The translations under genes and the position numbers were made by a program. From NCBI GenBank assembly GCA_022825005.1, contig JAJDYU010000009.1:20227-84226 (forward strand): a stretch of 64,000 bases of DNA, written 5' to 3'. Every line of letters begins with the position of its first letter. Positions within the stretch are counted from its first letter, which is position 1. Of the stretch, positions 35,551 through 44,710 are shown one piece after another. Under the pieces are notes generated by a model. It saw only the letters and a list, made by a program, of their open reading frames with translations. It ran no database searches and had not been told where the DNA came from. This DNA comes from Acidimicrobiia bacterium. Its GTDB lineage: Bacteria; Actinomycetota; Acidimicrobiia; Acidimicrobiales; Bin134.

Positions 35551-36713
35551 GGCTCGACTCGGATCTGGCGGGCGATGTTCAAGAGCATCCCCGAAGCCAC
35601 CATGCACGTCAACAGGGCGGAGCCCCCCACCGACAAGAACGGCAGGGGTACGCCGGTGATCGGCAGCACCCCCACCACCGCGGCGATGTTCACGAACGCC
35701 TGGCATCCCACCCAAATGGTTATGCCCGTGGCCAAGACCTGCCCGAATCGATCCGGGGAGTTCACAGCCACCCAGATCCCGCAGACCACGAAACCGACGA
35801 AGAGGCCGATCACGAACAACGCGCCCAGCCAGCCCATCTCCTCGGCCAGAACGGCGAAGATGAAGTCGGTCTGGGCTTCGGGGAGGAAGCCCCATTTGAT
35901 TCGGCTCTCCCCCAATCCCACTCCGGAGGGCCCGCCCGAGGCGATGCCCACCCGGGACTGGATGGTTTGCCAGCCGGTGTCCAGCGGATCGGACCACGGA
36001 TCCAGCATCGCGGCCAGCCGGTTGCGGCGATAGCCCGATCCCCATGCGGCCAACGCCGCGGCGCCGCCGCTGATCAGCGACCAGCCGTTGAGCGGAAGCA
36101 GGGGCACTCCGGCCATGAACAGCGCGGCAAAGGCGATCAGCACAAGGATCACCGCGGTGCCCAGATTGGGCTGGAGCAGAATGAGCCCCGACATGATGCA
36201 GCAGATCACCAGCACCGGACGGATGGTGATACGGGTGCTGCGCTCTTGGCCCGCCTTGTCGGCCAGCCACGAGGCGGCGAACAGGACCATGGCCAGCTTG
36301 GCCAGCTCGGAGGGCTGGAAGCTGATCGGGCCGAAGTAGATCCAACGGGTGGCCCCGTTGGCGGTGGTGCCGATCCCTGGAATCAGCACCGCCACCAGGA
36401 AGAACAAGGTGAGCGCCACCCCGGCATTGGCGTACTTCTTCCACTGCCGGTAGTCGGTGCGCAACACCAGCACCATGGCCAAGAGCCCGCCCACGCACCA
36501 GACAAGCTGGCGCTGGAAGGTGAACCAGGTGGACTGGCCCACGTACAAGCTGGTGACCGAGGAGACCGACAGCACCATGACCAGGCCGATGGCGTTGAGG
36601 GTCACGATCAATCCGAACAGCAGGTAGAACGGAGCCGTGGCTTGTCCGGCCGGGGCTGCCCGGAGGGCCGAGACCCACGCCAGGCGGGGAACGCGGGGAG
36701 CTACTGCGGTCAT
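35547..36713 (-). CDS. ftsW: SEDS-family peptidoglycan polymerase FtsW
   Basis: Polytopic membrane protein with FQPSELAKLA and the C-terminal PLPFLSVGGSALL motif. ATG 36713 overlaps the murD stop (ATGA). Confidence 0.9.
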   Translation of the reverse strand: MTAVAPRVPRLAWVSALRAAPAGQATAPFYLLFGLIVTLNAIGLVMVLSVSSVTSLYVGQSTWFTFQRQLVWCVGGLLAMVLVLRTDYRQWKKYANAGVALTLFFLVAVLIPGIGTTANGATRWIYFGPISFQPSELAKLAMVLFAASWLADKAGQERSTRITIRPVLVICCIMSGLILLQPNLGTAVILVLIAFAALFMAGVPLLPLNGWSLISGGAAALAAWGSGYRRNRLAAMLDPWSDPLDTGWQTIQSRVGIASGGPSGVGLGESRIKWGFLPEAQTDFIFAVLAEEMGWLGALFVIGLFVGFVVCGIWVAVNSPDRFGQVLATGITIWVGCQAFVNIAAVVGVLPITGVPLPFLSVGGSALLTCMVASGMLLNIARQIRVEP

Positions 36714-38032
36714 GGCGATCCTCCGATCATCTCGCGTACCAGCGAGGAGAAGTGGTCGCCTCGCTCTGCGTAGGAGCCGTACCAGTCGAACGAGGCGCAT
36801 CCCGGCGACAACAGCACCGCGTCGCCGCTTCGGGCGATCTCAGCGGCGGTGCTCACCGCCTCGGCCATGGAATCCGCGGTTGCCACCGGGCACAGTCCGG
36901 CGAACACCTGCTGGACTTCGGGGGCGGCCTCTCCGATGGCCACCACCGAGGCGATCCCGTCGGCCGCCTCGGCCATGGGATGCAGGTCGAGTCCCTTGTT
37001 GCGGCCGCCGGCGATGAGAACCGAGCGCCCCACCGATCGCACCGCGGCGCACACCGCGTGGGGGGTGGTGGCCTTGGAGTCGTCATAGAAGCGCACCCCG
37101 GCGTGCTCGGCCACCAGTACCACCCGATGGGGCAGGCCGGTCCACGCCAACAGGGCCGTCCTCACTCCATCCGGGTTGGCCCCGCCGGCCATGGCCACCG
37201 CCGCTGCGGCCAGGCAGTTGCCCAGCTCGTGGGGATGGGGCCGGTGCAGCTCGGCGATGTCGGCCAGCTTCTCCGACTCCGCCCACAGGGCGCCTTGGCT
37301 CACTCGGAAGTCGCCTTCGGTGAGCCCGAAGGTGATCACACGGCCTCGGTCGGGCGCGTGTTCGAGCACCACCGGATCGTCCCGGTTAACCACCGATGTG
37401 GAGTTGTGATCGACCCTACTCCACAGTGCGGCCTTGGCCGCCCGGTAGCTGTGGAGCGAGGCGTGCACGTCGAGGTGGTCGGGGGCGAAGTTCAACCATG
37501 CCCCCACCACCGGCCGATAGCACCGGCTGTGGGCCAGCCGGAACGAGGATGCCTCGACCACGAATGCGGCGGGCCGGTCGTCTCGAATGGCCTCCACCAG
37601 CGGCGTCTCCGTGTTGCCGGCCACGCTCACCGCGATCCCGGAAGCCTCCAGCATGGCTGCGGCCAGAAGCGTCACCGTGGTCTTGCCGTTGGTTCCGGTG
37701 ACGGCCAGCGTCGGACGTTCGTCCCAGTGCTGGGCCAGGTCGAACTCGGAGATGACCGGGGTGCCCGCCGCGGCGGCTGCGGCGAGAGAGGGGTGGGACT
37801 CGGGCAGTCCCGGGGTGGGAACGATGGCCCGGGCATCGGCGACCAAAGGCGGCCAGCTGTCGGGAGCGGGCTGCTCCAGGAGGGTTACCCCCAGATCGGC
37901 GGCCCATCGCCGGGCCTGGTCGTCGGGGGCGTCGTCGGCCGCCACTACCGGCTGGCCGCGCTCGGTCAGCTGGGCGCACACCGCCCGGTTGGTGATGGCA
38001 AAGCCCACCAGCACAAGGGGTTCCCGGCTCAA
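36710..38032 (-). CDS. murD: UDP-N-acetylmuramoylalanine--D-glutamate ligase
   Basis: VTGTNGKTTV P-loop. GGAGGGG lies 4 nt before TTG 38032, which overlaps the mraY stop (TTGA). The start is less certain than the identity. Confidence 0.85.
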   Translation of the reverse strand: MSREPLVLVGFAITNRAVCAQLTERGQPVVAADDAPDDQARRWAADLGVTLLEQPAPDSWPPLVADARAIVPTPGLPESHPSLAAAAAAGTPVISEFDLAQHWDERPTLAVTGTNGKTTVTLLAAAMLEASGIAVSVAGNTETPLVEAIRDDRPAAFVVEASSFRLAHSRCYRPVVGAWLNFAPDHLDVHASLHSYRAAKAALWSRVDHNSTSVVNRDDPVVLEHAPDRGRVITFGLTEGDFRVSQGALWAESEKLADIAELHRPHPHELGNCLAAAAVAMAGGANPDGVRTALLAWTGLPHRVVLVAEHAGVRFYDDSKATTPHAVCAAVRSVGRSVLIAGGRNKGLDLHPMAEAADGIASVVAIGEAAPEVQQVFAGLCPVATADSMAEAVSTAAEIARSGDAVLLSPGCASFDWYGSYAERGDHFSSLVREMIGGSP

Positions 38033-39060
38033 TCTGCCCCTCCTATGGACACGAAGTCGGCGTAGAAGAGTCCCAGGGCCACCGCGGTGGCGAAGCCGGT
38101 CATGATCCACAGCCGGATGATCACTGTGGTCTCCGGCCAGCCGCGGAGCTCGAAGTGATGGTGGATGGGGGCCATGCGGAACACCCGGGTGCCGAACACC
38201 CGGAAGCTGAACACCTGGATGATCACCGACAGGGTCTCCATCACGAACAGCCCGCCGATGATGGGCAGCAGAAGGTGGGTGTTGGTGGCCAGGGCCAGCG
38301 CGGCCATCCCCGTTCCCAGGGCCAGCGATCCGGTGTCGCCCATGAAGATTCGGGCCGGCGCGGCATTCCACCACATGAACCCGGCGCTGGCCCCCACCAT
38401 GGCGGCGGCCAGGATGGCCAGGTCGAGGGCGTGGGGGATGCCGTAGATGTCCTCGTTGCGAAAGGCCCAAAAGCCGATCACCACGAACGCGGCGAAGGCG
38501 AACACCGACGAGCCGGCGGCCAGGCTGTCAAGCCCGTCGGTCAGGTTCACGGCGTTGCTGGTGGCCAAGATGAGCAGCACGGCCCACAGGCCCCATCCCC
38601 ACGGCCCCAGGTCGATGTTCAGGGAGTCGTAGCGGGTGAACGACAGCTCGGTGCGGACATCGGTCAGGTGGATCATCAACAGCGCGTACCCCGCGGCCAC
38701 CACCAGCAGGCCAAGGATCTTGGTCTGCTTGCCCAGGCCCAGGTTGCGCTCTCGGGACACCTTGAGCCAGTCGTCGACGAAGCCGACCACGCCCGCCCCG
38801 ACGATGGCCAGCATCACGATCAGGCCCGTGCGGGTGAAGATGCCGTTGTAGAGATCGCTGATGCCGTATCCGGCCAGCGCGCCGACCACGATGGCCACTC
38901 CCCCCATGGTGGGGGTTCCCGCCTTGCTGACATGGCCCTGGGGTCCGTCGAGGCGGATGGTCTGGCCGATGGAGTGCTTGCGCAAGAAGTAGATCAAAAA
39001 GCGGGTGCCGATCACCGAGACCACTCCGGCAATGGCGACGGCGAACAAGAGGCGGATCAT
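38029..39060 (-). CDS. mraY: phospho-N-acetylmuramoyl-pentapeptide transferase
   Basis: KAGTPTMGG, NAVNLTDGLD and HHHFE motifs. ATG 39060 overlaps the murE stop (ATGA). Confidence 0.95.
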   Translation of the reverse strand: MIRLLFAVAIAGVVSVIGTRFLIYFLRKHSIGQTIRLDGPQGHVSKAGTPTMGGVAIVVGALAGYGISDLYNGIFTRTGLIVMLAIVGAGVVGFVDDWLKVSRERNLGLGKQTKILGLLVVAAGYALLMIHLTDVRTELSFTRYDSLNIDLGPWGWGLWAVLLILATSNAVNLTDGLDSLAAGSSVFAFAAFVVIGFWAFRNEDIYGIPHALDLAILAAAMVGASAGFMWWNAAPARIFMGDTGSLALGTGMAALALATNTHLLLPIIGGLFVMETLSVIIQVFSFRVFGTRVFRMAPIHHHFELRGWPETTVIIRLWIMTGFATAVALGLFYADFVSIGGAD

Positions 39061-40475
39061 CGGGCGGCCTCCATGGCGGCCAGAAGCTCTCGGGCCACCT
39101 CCCGGTCGTCGAAGGGGATCACCTGGTCGCCCACTGTCTGGGTGGTTTCGTGGCCCTTACCGGCCAGCACGATCACATCGCCGGGACCGGCCTCGGCCAG
39201 GCTTCGGGCAATGGCGGCCTCTCGGTCGGCCAGGGTCAACACTCCAGCAGAGCGGCGGGGCACCCCGGTGAGGATCTCGGCGATGATGGCGTCGGGATCC
39301 TCTGAGCGGGGGTTGTCGGAGGTGACGATCACGTTGTCGGCCTGCTCGGCCGCCACCCGGCCCATCATCGGGCGCTTGCCGGTATCGCGGTCGCCGCCGC
39401 AGCCGAACACCACCCACAGGCGACCGTCGCCGGCAACCAGCTCCCGGGCGGCGGCCAGCACCTGGGCCAGGCCGTCGGGGGTGTGGGCGTAGTCCACCAC
39501 CACCGTGAACGGGCGGCTGGACTCGATGGTCTCGAAGCGGCCCGGTACGGGGGCGGCCGATTCCAGCCCGGCGGTCACTTCGGGCACGCTGACGTTCAGC
39601 ATCAGGGCGGTCTCGGCCGCAGCCAGGGCGTTGGCCGCGTTGAAGCGGCCGATGAGAGACAGGTCGACTTCTTGGCCCTGCCATTGCATGGCTATGCCCT
39701 GCGGCCCCACTTCGACCGACAGGTCTGCGGGGTCGTAGCCCACCGTGGGGATGCGGGGTTCGGCATACAGCCGCCGGCCGTATTCGTCGCCCCGGTTGAC
39801 CACGGCCCGGTCGGACAGCTCGGGGGTGAACAGGCGGGATTTGGCCTCGAAGTACTCCTCGACGGTGCCGTGATAGTCGAGGTGATCGACAGAGAAGTTG
39901 GTGAACACCGCCGCGTCGTAGCGGATGCCGTCTACTCGGTGCTGGTGCAGCGCATGGCTGGACACCTCCATGGCCACCGCCTGCACTCCCCTCGACCGCC
40001 AACAGGCCAATTGGCGCTGCAAGTCGAGGGACTCCGGTGTGGTTCTGGTGCCGGTAAGCGTGCCCAGCACCTCGGCTTGCATTCCGGCAGCCTCCAGCAC
40101 CGAGCCCAGCAGGCTGCACACGGTGGTCTTGCCATTGGTGCCGGTGACCCCGATCACCGTCATCGACTGGGAGGGGTGGCCGTAGAAGGCGGAACTCATC
40201 GGTCCCATTGCCCGGCGCACCGACTCGACCTGCACTTGGGGGCAGCCCAGGTTGAGAGGGCGCTCCACCGCCAACCCGGCGGCCCCCCGGTCCAGCGCCT
40301 CGGAAGCGAAGTCGTGGCCGTCGTGGTTGGCGCCCGGCACGCAGAAGAACAAGTCGCCGGGATTCGCGGCCCGGGAATCGTGGGCCAGCCCGGTGATCTC
40401 GGCGTCGCCGTGGCGATCCAGCAGCCCGGGAGCGGCTTCGGCCAGTTCCAGCAGCGTCATCGATGGGGCGCTCAC
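39057..40475 (-). CDS. murE: UDP-MurNAc-L-Ala-D-Glu--2,6-diaminopimelate ligase
   Basis: DSRAANPGDLFFCVPG...HDGHDF, GVTGTNGKTT, GCGGDRDTGKRPMMG and the DAP-specific DNPRSEDP motif. This is MurE, not MurF. Confidence 0.9.
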   Translation of the reverse strand: MSAPSMTLLELAEAAPGLLDRHGDAEITGLAHDSRAANPGDLFFCVPGANHDGHDFASEALDRGAAGLAVERPLNLGCPQVQVESVRRAMGPMSSAFYGHPSQSMTVIGVTGTNGKTTVCSLLGSVLEAAGMQAEVLGTLTGTRTTPESLDLQRQLACWRSRGVQAVAMEVSSHALHQHRVDGIRYDAAVFTNFSVDHLDYHGTVEEYFEAKSRLFTPELSDRAVVNRGDEYGRRLYAEPRIPTVGYDPADLSVEVGPQGIAMQWQGQEVDLSLIGRFNAANALAAAETALMLNVSVPEVTAGLESAAPVPGRFETIESSRPFTVVVDYAHTPDGLAQVLAAARELVAGDGRLWVVFGCGGDRDTGKRPMMGRVAAEQADNVIVTSDNPRSEDPDAIIAEILTGVPRRSAGVLTLADREAAIARSLAEAGPGDVIVLAGKGHETTQTVGDQVIPFDDREVARELLAAMEAAR

Positions 40476-42520
40476 AGCCCGTCCTCGTTCGAGGGTGACT
40501 GGCCGATTGCCTGGGGCGGAGTTTCCTCTCCCTGGGGCTCAACCCCCGGGGACGGGCTCTCCGGCTCGGTCGGGGAACCCGGGTCGGGGGCAGTCTCGGG
40601 GTCCGGCGCCGGTTCCGGGGTGGGATTCGGGGTGGGATTCGGGGTGGGGGTGGGCACCGGTTCAGGCTCTGGAGTGCTGGTCGGTGCCGCAGTCGGCTCG
40701 GGAATGGGTGCGGGCGCCGGGGCCTGAGTCGGCTGCGGGGTGGCCGCGGGCACCAGGGCGGGGGTCGGCTGCGGGGTGGGGGCGGGACCCAGCTTCGGCT
40801 CGACGGTGACGAAGCCGACCGGCGGGGCAATGCGGAGGCGTTGCAGGGTGTACTTGGCCAGTTCGGCGAACAGCGGGGCGGCCGCCTGGCTGGCGTAGAA
40901 GTTGGTGACCGGCTCGTCGATGACCACGATGATCGAGATCTGGGGATCCTCGGCGGGCAGGAACCCGGCAAAGGTGGCGGTGTATAGGCGCCCGGCACCC
41001 GCTTCTCCGTAGTTCCCGTTGGACAGCACCTTCTGGCCGGTTCCGGTCTTGCCGGCGACGGTGTAGCCGTCGACCTGGGCGTTGCGCCCCGTTCCCTCCC
41101 GCACGACGGTGACCAGCATGTCGGTCATGTGCGAGGCGGTGTCGTACGACACCGCCCTCACCGGTTCGGGCCGCTCCAGTGGGATCTCCTGGCCATCGGT
41201 GTCCACCACCGAGTGCACCAGGGTGGGCGGCACCCGCAGCCCGCCGTTGGCCAGGGTGTTGTACACCATCAGCACCTGCAACGGTGTGGCCAGCATGCCC
41301 TGGCCCAGCGCAAAGCTGGCCACGTCGGTACCGCTCCAGTCGAGAAGGTTCGGAACCAAACCGGACGATTCCCCTCTGAACCCCAGTCCTGTGGTCGATC
41401 CCAGTCCGTACCGGGACATATAGGCGGCCAGACGGGTGGAGCCCAGCACGAGGGCCCACTCAACGGTGCCGGTGTTGGATGAGCGGGCCAGGATCTCCTC
41501 CATGGTGTAGAGCGCGGTCCCGTATTCGGTGTGGTCGGTGAATTCCTGATCGTAGAGCTGGAGCCAATGGTTGACTTCGCGCACGTGGTGGGGCTCCCCC
41601 AAGCCTTCCTCGATCACACCGGACAGCACCACGCTCTTGAGAACCGATCCGGGCTCATAGGCCCAAGTGACGGCTCGATTCTCGCTGAGCGAGACCGGGT
41701 CGCCCTCCCCATCTCGACCCACCGAGGCCATGGCCAGAATCTCGCCGGTGTCGGGCTCCATGATGATTACTGATCCGCTGGAGGCGTCCACCTTTTCGAT
41801 CTGGCGCATGAGGGCGCGCTCGGCTTCGAATTGCAGCGAGCGGTCGATGGTCAGATGCAGGTCGGCCCCCGGCTGGGGGGGCTTGATGTGGCGGGCGCCG
41901 GTGGGGATTGTGCGCCCGTCCTGGCTGCTCTCCAACACCATCTCTCCGGGGGTGCCGCCGAGGAGACCGTCATATTGATATTCGAGGCCGCTGATGCCGA
42001 TTTGGTCGACGTCCACAATCCCGACCACGGAACGGCCCAAACGGTCGCCCGCGGGATTGAAGCGTGCCGACTCCTCCAGCAGGTACACCCCTTTGAGGTT
42101 GAGGTCGGCCACCGCACGCGACACTTTGTCGGGCACTGTGCGAGCCAGGTAGGCGTGCTGGTCGGGCTCGCTCAGAAGCTGGAACAGGTGGTCTTGGTCC
42201 ATTTCCAGCACTGGGGCCAGCGCAGCCGCCGCTCCAGCGGGATCGTCCACTTGGCTGGGGTCGGCCCAGACGGTCCACTGCGGCACCGACACGGCCAACT
42301 CCACCCCGTTGCGGTCGACGATCTGCCCGCGGTCGGCCGTCAGCTTGACCGTCCGAATTCGCTGCTGTTCGCCGTACTTCACGTAGGCGTCGGATCGGAA
42401 GAGCTGGAGGTCGGCCAGCCGGACGCCCAGCACCACGGCGATCAAGGCGAACACCACCACCATGGAGGTGCCTCGCCGCCGGCGCGACCGGGTTCCCCTA
42501 ACTTCCTCGGCGGGGTTCAC
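40472..42520 (-). CDS. ftsI: penicillin-binding protein FtsI (class B transpeptidase) with Pro/Thr-rich C-terminal tail
   Basis: N-terminal TM. SVLK (SxxK), SSN and KTGT active-site motifs. The last ~108 aa are P/T/E-rich low complexity. Confidence 0.85.
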   Translation of the reverse strand: MNPAEEVRGTRSRRRRGTSMVVVFALIAVVLGVRLADLQLFRSDAYVKYGEQQRIRTVKLTADRGQIVDRNGVELAVSVPQWTVWADPSQVDDPAGAAAALAPVLEMDQDHLFQLLSEPDQHAYLARTVPDKVSRAVADLNLKGVYLLEESARFNPAGDRLGRSVVGIVDVDQIGISGLEYQYDGLLGGTPGEMVLESSQDGRTIPTGARHIKPPQPGADLHLTIDRSLQFEAERALMRQIEKVDASSGSVIIMEPDTGEILAMASVGRDGEGDPVSLSENRAVTWAYEPGSVLKSVVLSGVIEEGLGEPHHVREVNHWLQLYDQEFTDHTEYGTALYTMEEILARSSNTGTVEWALVLGSTRLAAYMSRYGLGSTTGLGFRGESSGLVPNLLDWSGTDVASFALGQGMLATPLQVLMVYNTLANGGLRVPPTLVHSVVDTDGQEIPLERPEPVRAVSYDTASHMTDMLVTVVREGTGRNAQVDGYTVAGKTGTGQKVLSNGNYGEAGAGRLYTATFAGFLPAEDPQISIIVVIDEPVTNFYASQAAAPLFAELAKYTLQRLRIAPPVGFVTVEPKLGPAPTPQPTPALVPAATPQPTQAPAPAPIPEPTAAPTSTPEPEPVPTPTPNPTPNPTPEPAPDPETAPDPGSPTEPESPSPGVEPQGEETPPQAIGQSPSNEDGL

Positions 42521-42897
42521 TCCCCGCCGCCCTCATCCAATTCCACGGGGGTCAGGTAAACGAGGCGGTCGGGCTCCACCATCCCCAGTCGGTACAAGGC
42601 CACCGCCACGATCCGGTCGGGGGCTTCGGCCCGGGCCACGTTGAGCCTCAGCTTGTCGTTGGTGGCCCGGACGTCTTCGAGCTGTTGGTTGAGGTTGTCC
42701 AGCGTGGTTTGCCGGTCGACGATCATGGCGTGGAACAGGGCCAGGGCAAAGAGGCCGATCACCACGGTGATGGCGGCGGCCCAGCCCATCAGGGGCATCA
42801 GCCTGCGACTGGGCCGCGGCGCGGCATGAAGGTGAGGGCGAGGTTTAGGGTCGGTCTGGGCCGGAGACGGGCGGGGGTGGCGTTGGGGAGCGGCCAT
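42517..42897 (-). CDS. ftsL: FtsL-like septation protein (single TM + coiled coil)
   Basis: Position between rsmH and ftsI. TM WAAAITVVIGLFALALF followed by a heptad-like LDNLNQQLEDVRATNDKLRLNV. Confidence 0.55.
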   Translation of the reverse strand: MAAPQRHPRPSPAQTDPKPRPHLHAAPRPSRRLMPLMGWAAAITVVIGLFALALFHAMIVDRQTTLDNLNQQLEDVRATNDKLRLNVARAEAPDRIVAVALYRLGMVEPDRLVYLTPVELDEGGGE

Positions 42898-43883
42898 TAC
42901 TCGGCGCCCTCGCCCTGATCGCTCCCCAGCTTGCAGAATGCCCGGAAGCGGACGCTGGAGGCTCTGGGGTTGTCGGCCATCTCCGCGGCGCTGGGCCGGC
43001 GGCTGCCCCGGGGGATCAGCTCGATGGCGGGCTGGGACTGCGACGCCGATGGGGGCAGTGCCCGAAAGCGGGACTCGTCGCTCAACCCGGCTCGGCGTCG
43101 GAGGATCCGCTTGACGATGCGGTCCTCACCGCTGTGGTAGCTGAGCACCACCCCTCGACCCCCGGGCACCGTTCGATCGATGGCCGCTTCCAATGCGGGC
43201 TCTATCTGGTCGAGTTCGTTGTTGACCGCGATGCGGATGGCCTGGAAGGTCCGCTTGGCGGGGTGTCCGCCCCGGCGGCGGGCGGGAGCGGGGATGGCCT
43301 CTTTTGCGATGTCGGCCAACTCGGTGGTGGAGGCCACCGGCCGGGCGGCGACTATGGCCGCGGCTATGCGATTGGCGTAGCGCTCATCGCCGTATCTGCG
43401 CAGGATTCGCACAAGGTCGGAAGACGGCCAGTTGTTCACCACGTCGTCGGCGGTGAATTGCTGGCCGCAGTCCATCCTCATGTCCAGCGGCCCTTCTTGG
43501 CGATAGCTGAACCCCCGCTCGGGCTTGTCCAGCTGCGGGGAGCTCACCCCGAAGTCGAATAGCGATCCCACGATGCGAGACACGCCCTGCGCCTCTAGCA
43601 CCTCGTCTAGTTGGGCGAAGCTCGCCCGGCAGATGGTGGCGCCGCGGCCGGCCAGAACAGTGGTGGCGGCCTCGACCGCGGAGGGGTCACGGTCGAGGCC
43701 AATCAGCGAGAGGTCAGGACGGGCGTTCAAAAGCGCCCGAGCATGTCCTCCCCCACCCACGGTGGCGTCGAGAAAGGATCCCGACGGCACCTCGGACAGG
43801 TGTTCCACCACTTCTGCGACCATGACGGGGTGATGGACGAATCGACTGTCGATTGCCGGCGGTGTCCCCCCGTTCATGCTCAT
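42897..43883 (-). CDS. rsmH: 16S rRNA (cytosine1402-N4)-methyltransferase
   Basis: HHPVMVAEVVEHL, DATVGGGGHA and FDFGVSSPQLD motifs. AGGAGG precedes ATG 43883. Confidence 0.93.
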   Translation of the reverse strand: MSMNGGTPPAIDSRFVHHPVMVAEVVEHLSEVPSGSFLDATVGGGGHARALLNARPDLSLIGLDRDPSAVEAATTVLAGRGATICRASFAQLDEVLEAQGVSRIVGSLFDFGVSSPQLDKPERGFSYRQEGPLDMRMDCGQQFTADDVVNNWPSSDLVRILRRYGDERYANRIAAAIVAARPVASTTELADIAKEAIPAPARRRGGHPAKRTFQAIRIAVNNELDQIEPALEAAIDRTVPGGRGVVLSYHSGEDRIVKRILRRRAGLSDESRFRALPPSASQSQPAIELIPRGSRRPSAAEMADNPRASSVRFRAFCKLGSDQGEGAE

Positions 43884-43965
43884 TCACCTCCTCGGCAACT
43901 CAGCGGCCCGATGGCTGCGGGTGCTGTTCTTGCGTCCGGCCTGGTCGGCCGATAAAAATGGCGCC

Positions 43966-44078
43966 CATCGGCAGTCCTCCGCCTGGCGACCGCACTCCGG
44001 GATTTCTCCCCGGCAGTGTCAGATGGCAAGCGGGCGGAGTAGGGGCCTTCCATCTCGTCAGACGGAGGACTGCCCATG
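43966..44078 (-). ncRNA. structured RNA element in the mraZ-rsmH spacer (possibly related to the actinobacterial mraW motif)
   Basis: A 20-bp closing helix, 43966-43985 with 44059-44078, shows 19/20 pairs on the gene strand including one G-U. It encloses two hairpins: 43993-44018 (CACT-CCGGG/CCCGG-AGTG) and 44021-44055 (AGATGG/CCATCT). Confidence 0.4.
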
Positions 44079-44139
44079 AGCCCTTTTTGTTTTTCCTGCT
44101 ATGCGCTTCCCAGCCGATTACTCCTTCCATGAGGCCTCA

Positions 44140-44547
44140 TCAGAGCCACCTGTCGACATCCGCTTCGCCCTGTTCGGCTTGAAGCGACTCCCACTCCCCT
44201 GCATCCCACACCTCTCCACGGTTGAACACGCCGACGAGCACCACGCTCTTGTCCAAACCCAGCGCCTCGCGCTTGGTGGACGGGAGGCTCAACCGGCCCT
44301 GGGCGTCCACGCTCACCGGTTCGAGGCTGGAGGAGAAGCGCCGCAGCTCGTCGCCGGAGGCCTCCCCGGCCCGCACCGCGGCTTCAAGCCGCCTCAAAGC
44401 ACTGTGGGCTTCGTCCGCGGTCCAGATCCCGAGGCACTGCCGGTAGATGGCCACGTAGGCACCTTCGGCCAGCGCCGAGCGAAAGGCCGGCGGCAGCGAG
44501 AGCCGGCCCTTGTCGTCCAAGGAGCGAGCGTGCTCACCGGTGAGCAT
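44140..44547 (-). CDS. mraZ: transcriptional regulator MraZ
   Basis: Two SpoVT/AbrB halves: DDKGRLSLPPAFR and DAQGRLSLPSTKR. GGAGGGAG precedes ATG 44547. Confidence 0.9.
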   Translation of the reverse strand: MLTGEHARSLDDKGRLSLPPAFRSALAEGAYVAIYRQCLGIWTADEAHSALRRLEAAVRAGEASGDELRRFSSSLEPVSVDAQGRLSLPSTKREALGLDKSVVLVGVFNRGEVWDAGEWESLQAEQGEADVDRWL

Positions 44548-44562
44548 GTCTCCCTCCAATGG

Positions 44563-44620
44563 GTCCCGTGAAATTCCCCTTATCTCCCACTTAGTCCCAT
44601 TTTATCCCCCAATACCCCAC
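44563..44620 (-). promoter_or_regulatory. phased GGGA/TGGGA box array (candidate MraZ operator / Pmra region)
   Basis: Gene-strand sequence GTGGGGTATTGGGGGATAAAATGGGACTAAGTGGGAGATAAGGGGAATTTCACGGGA. GGGA recurs every 10-11 nt, five to six times, ending 16 nt before the mraZ start. Confidence 0.5.
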
Positions 44621-44710
44621 CACTGCAACCCAATCGAGGTGTTTTGTGACAAGGGGTGGCACCGCGTCTGAACTGGCTGTGTGATCCGGTGGCGGCGGAT
44701 CGCCACGGCT

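Noticed and set aside
40560-40760. Short G-rich DNA repeats (GGTGGGATTCGG etc.) as a possible non-coding repeat element
   Set aside because: They lie within the ftsI reading frame and simply encode the PT-rich tail.
39157-40998. 613-aa ORF spanning the murE/ftsI junction
   Set aside because: Off-frame, extremely Arg/Pro-rich, and crossing two well-supported genes.
44059-44100. Plus-strand stem followed by CCCTTTTTGTTTTT, which looks like an intrinsic terminator
   Set aside because: No plus-strand gene ends here (the region is antisense to the dcw operon). The stem is the 3' arm of the larger mraZ-rsmH structure, and the run is A-rich on the transcribed strand.
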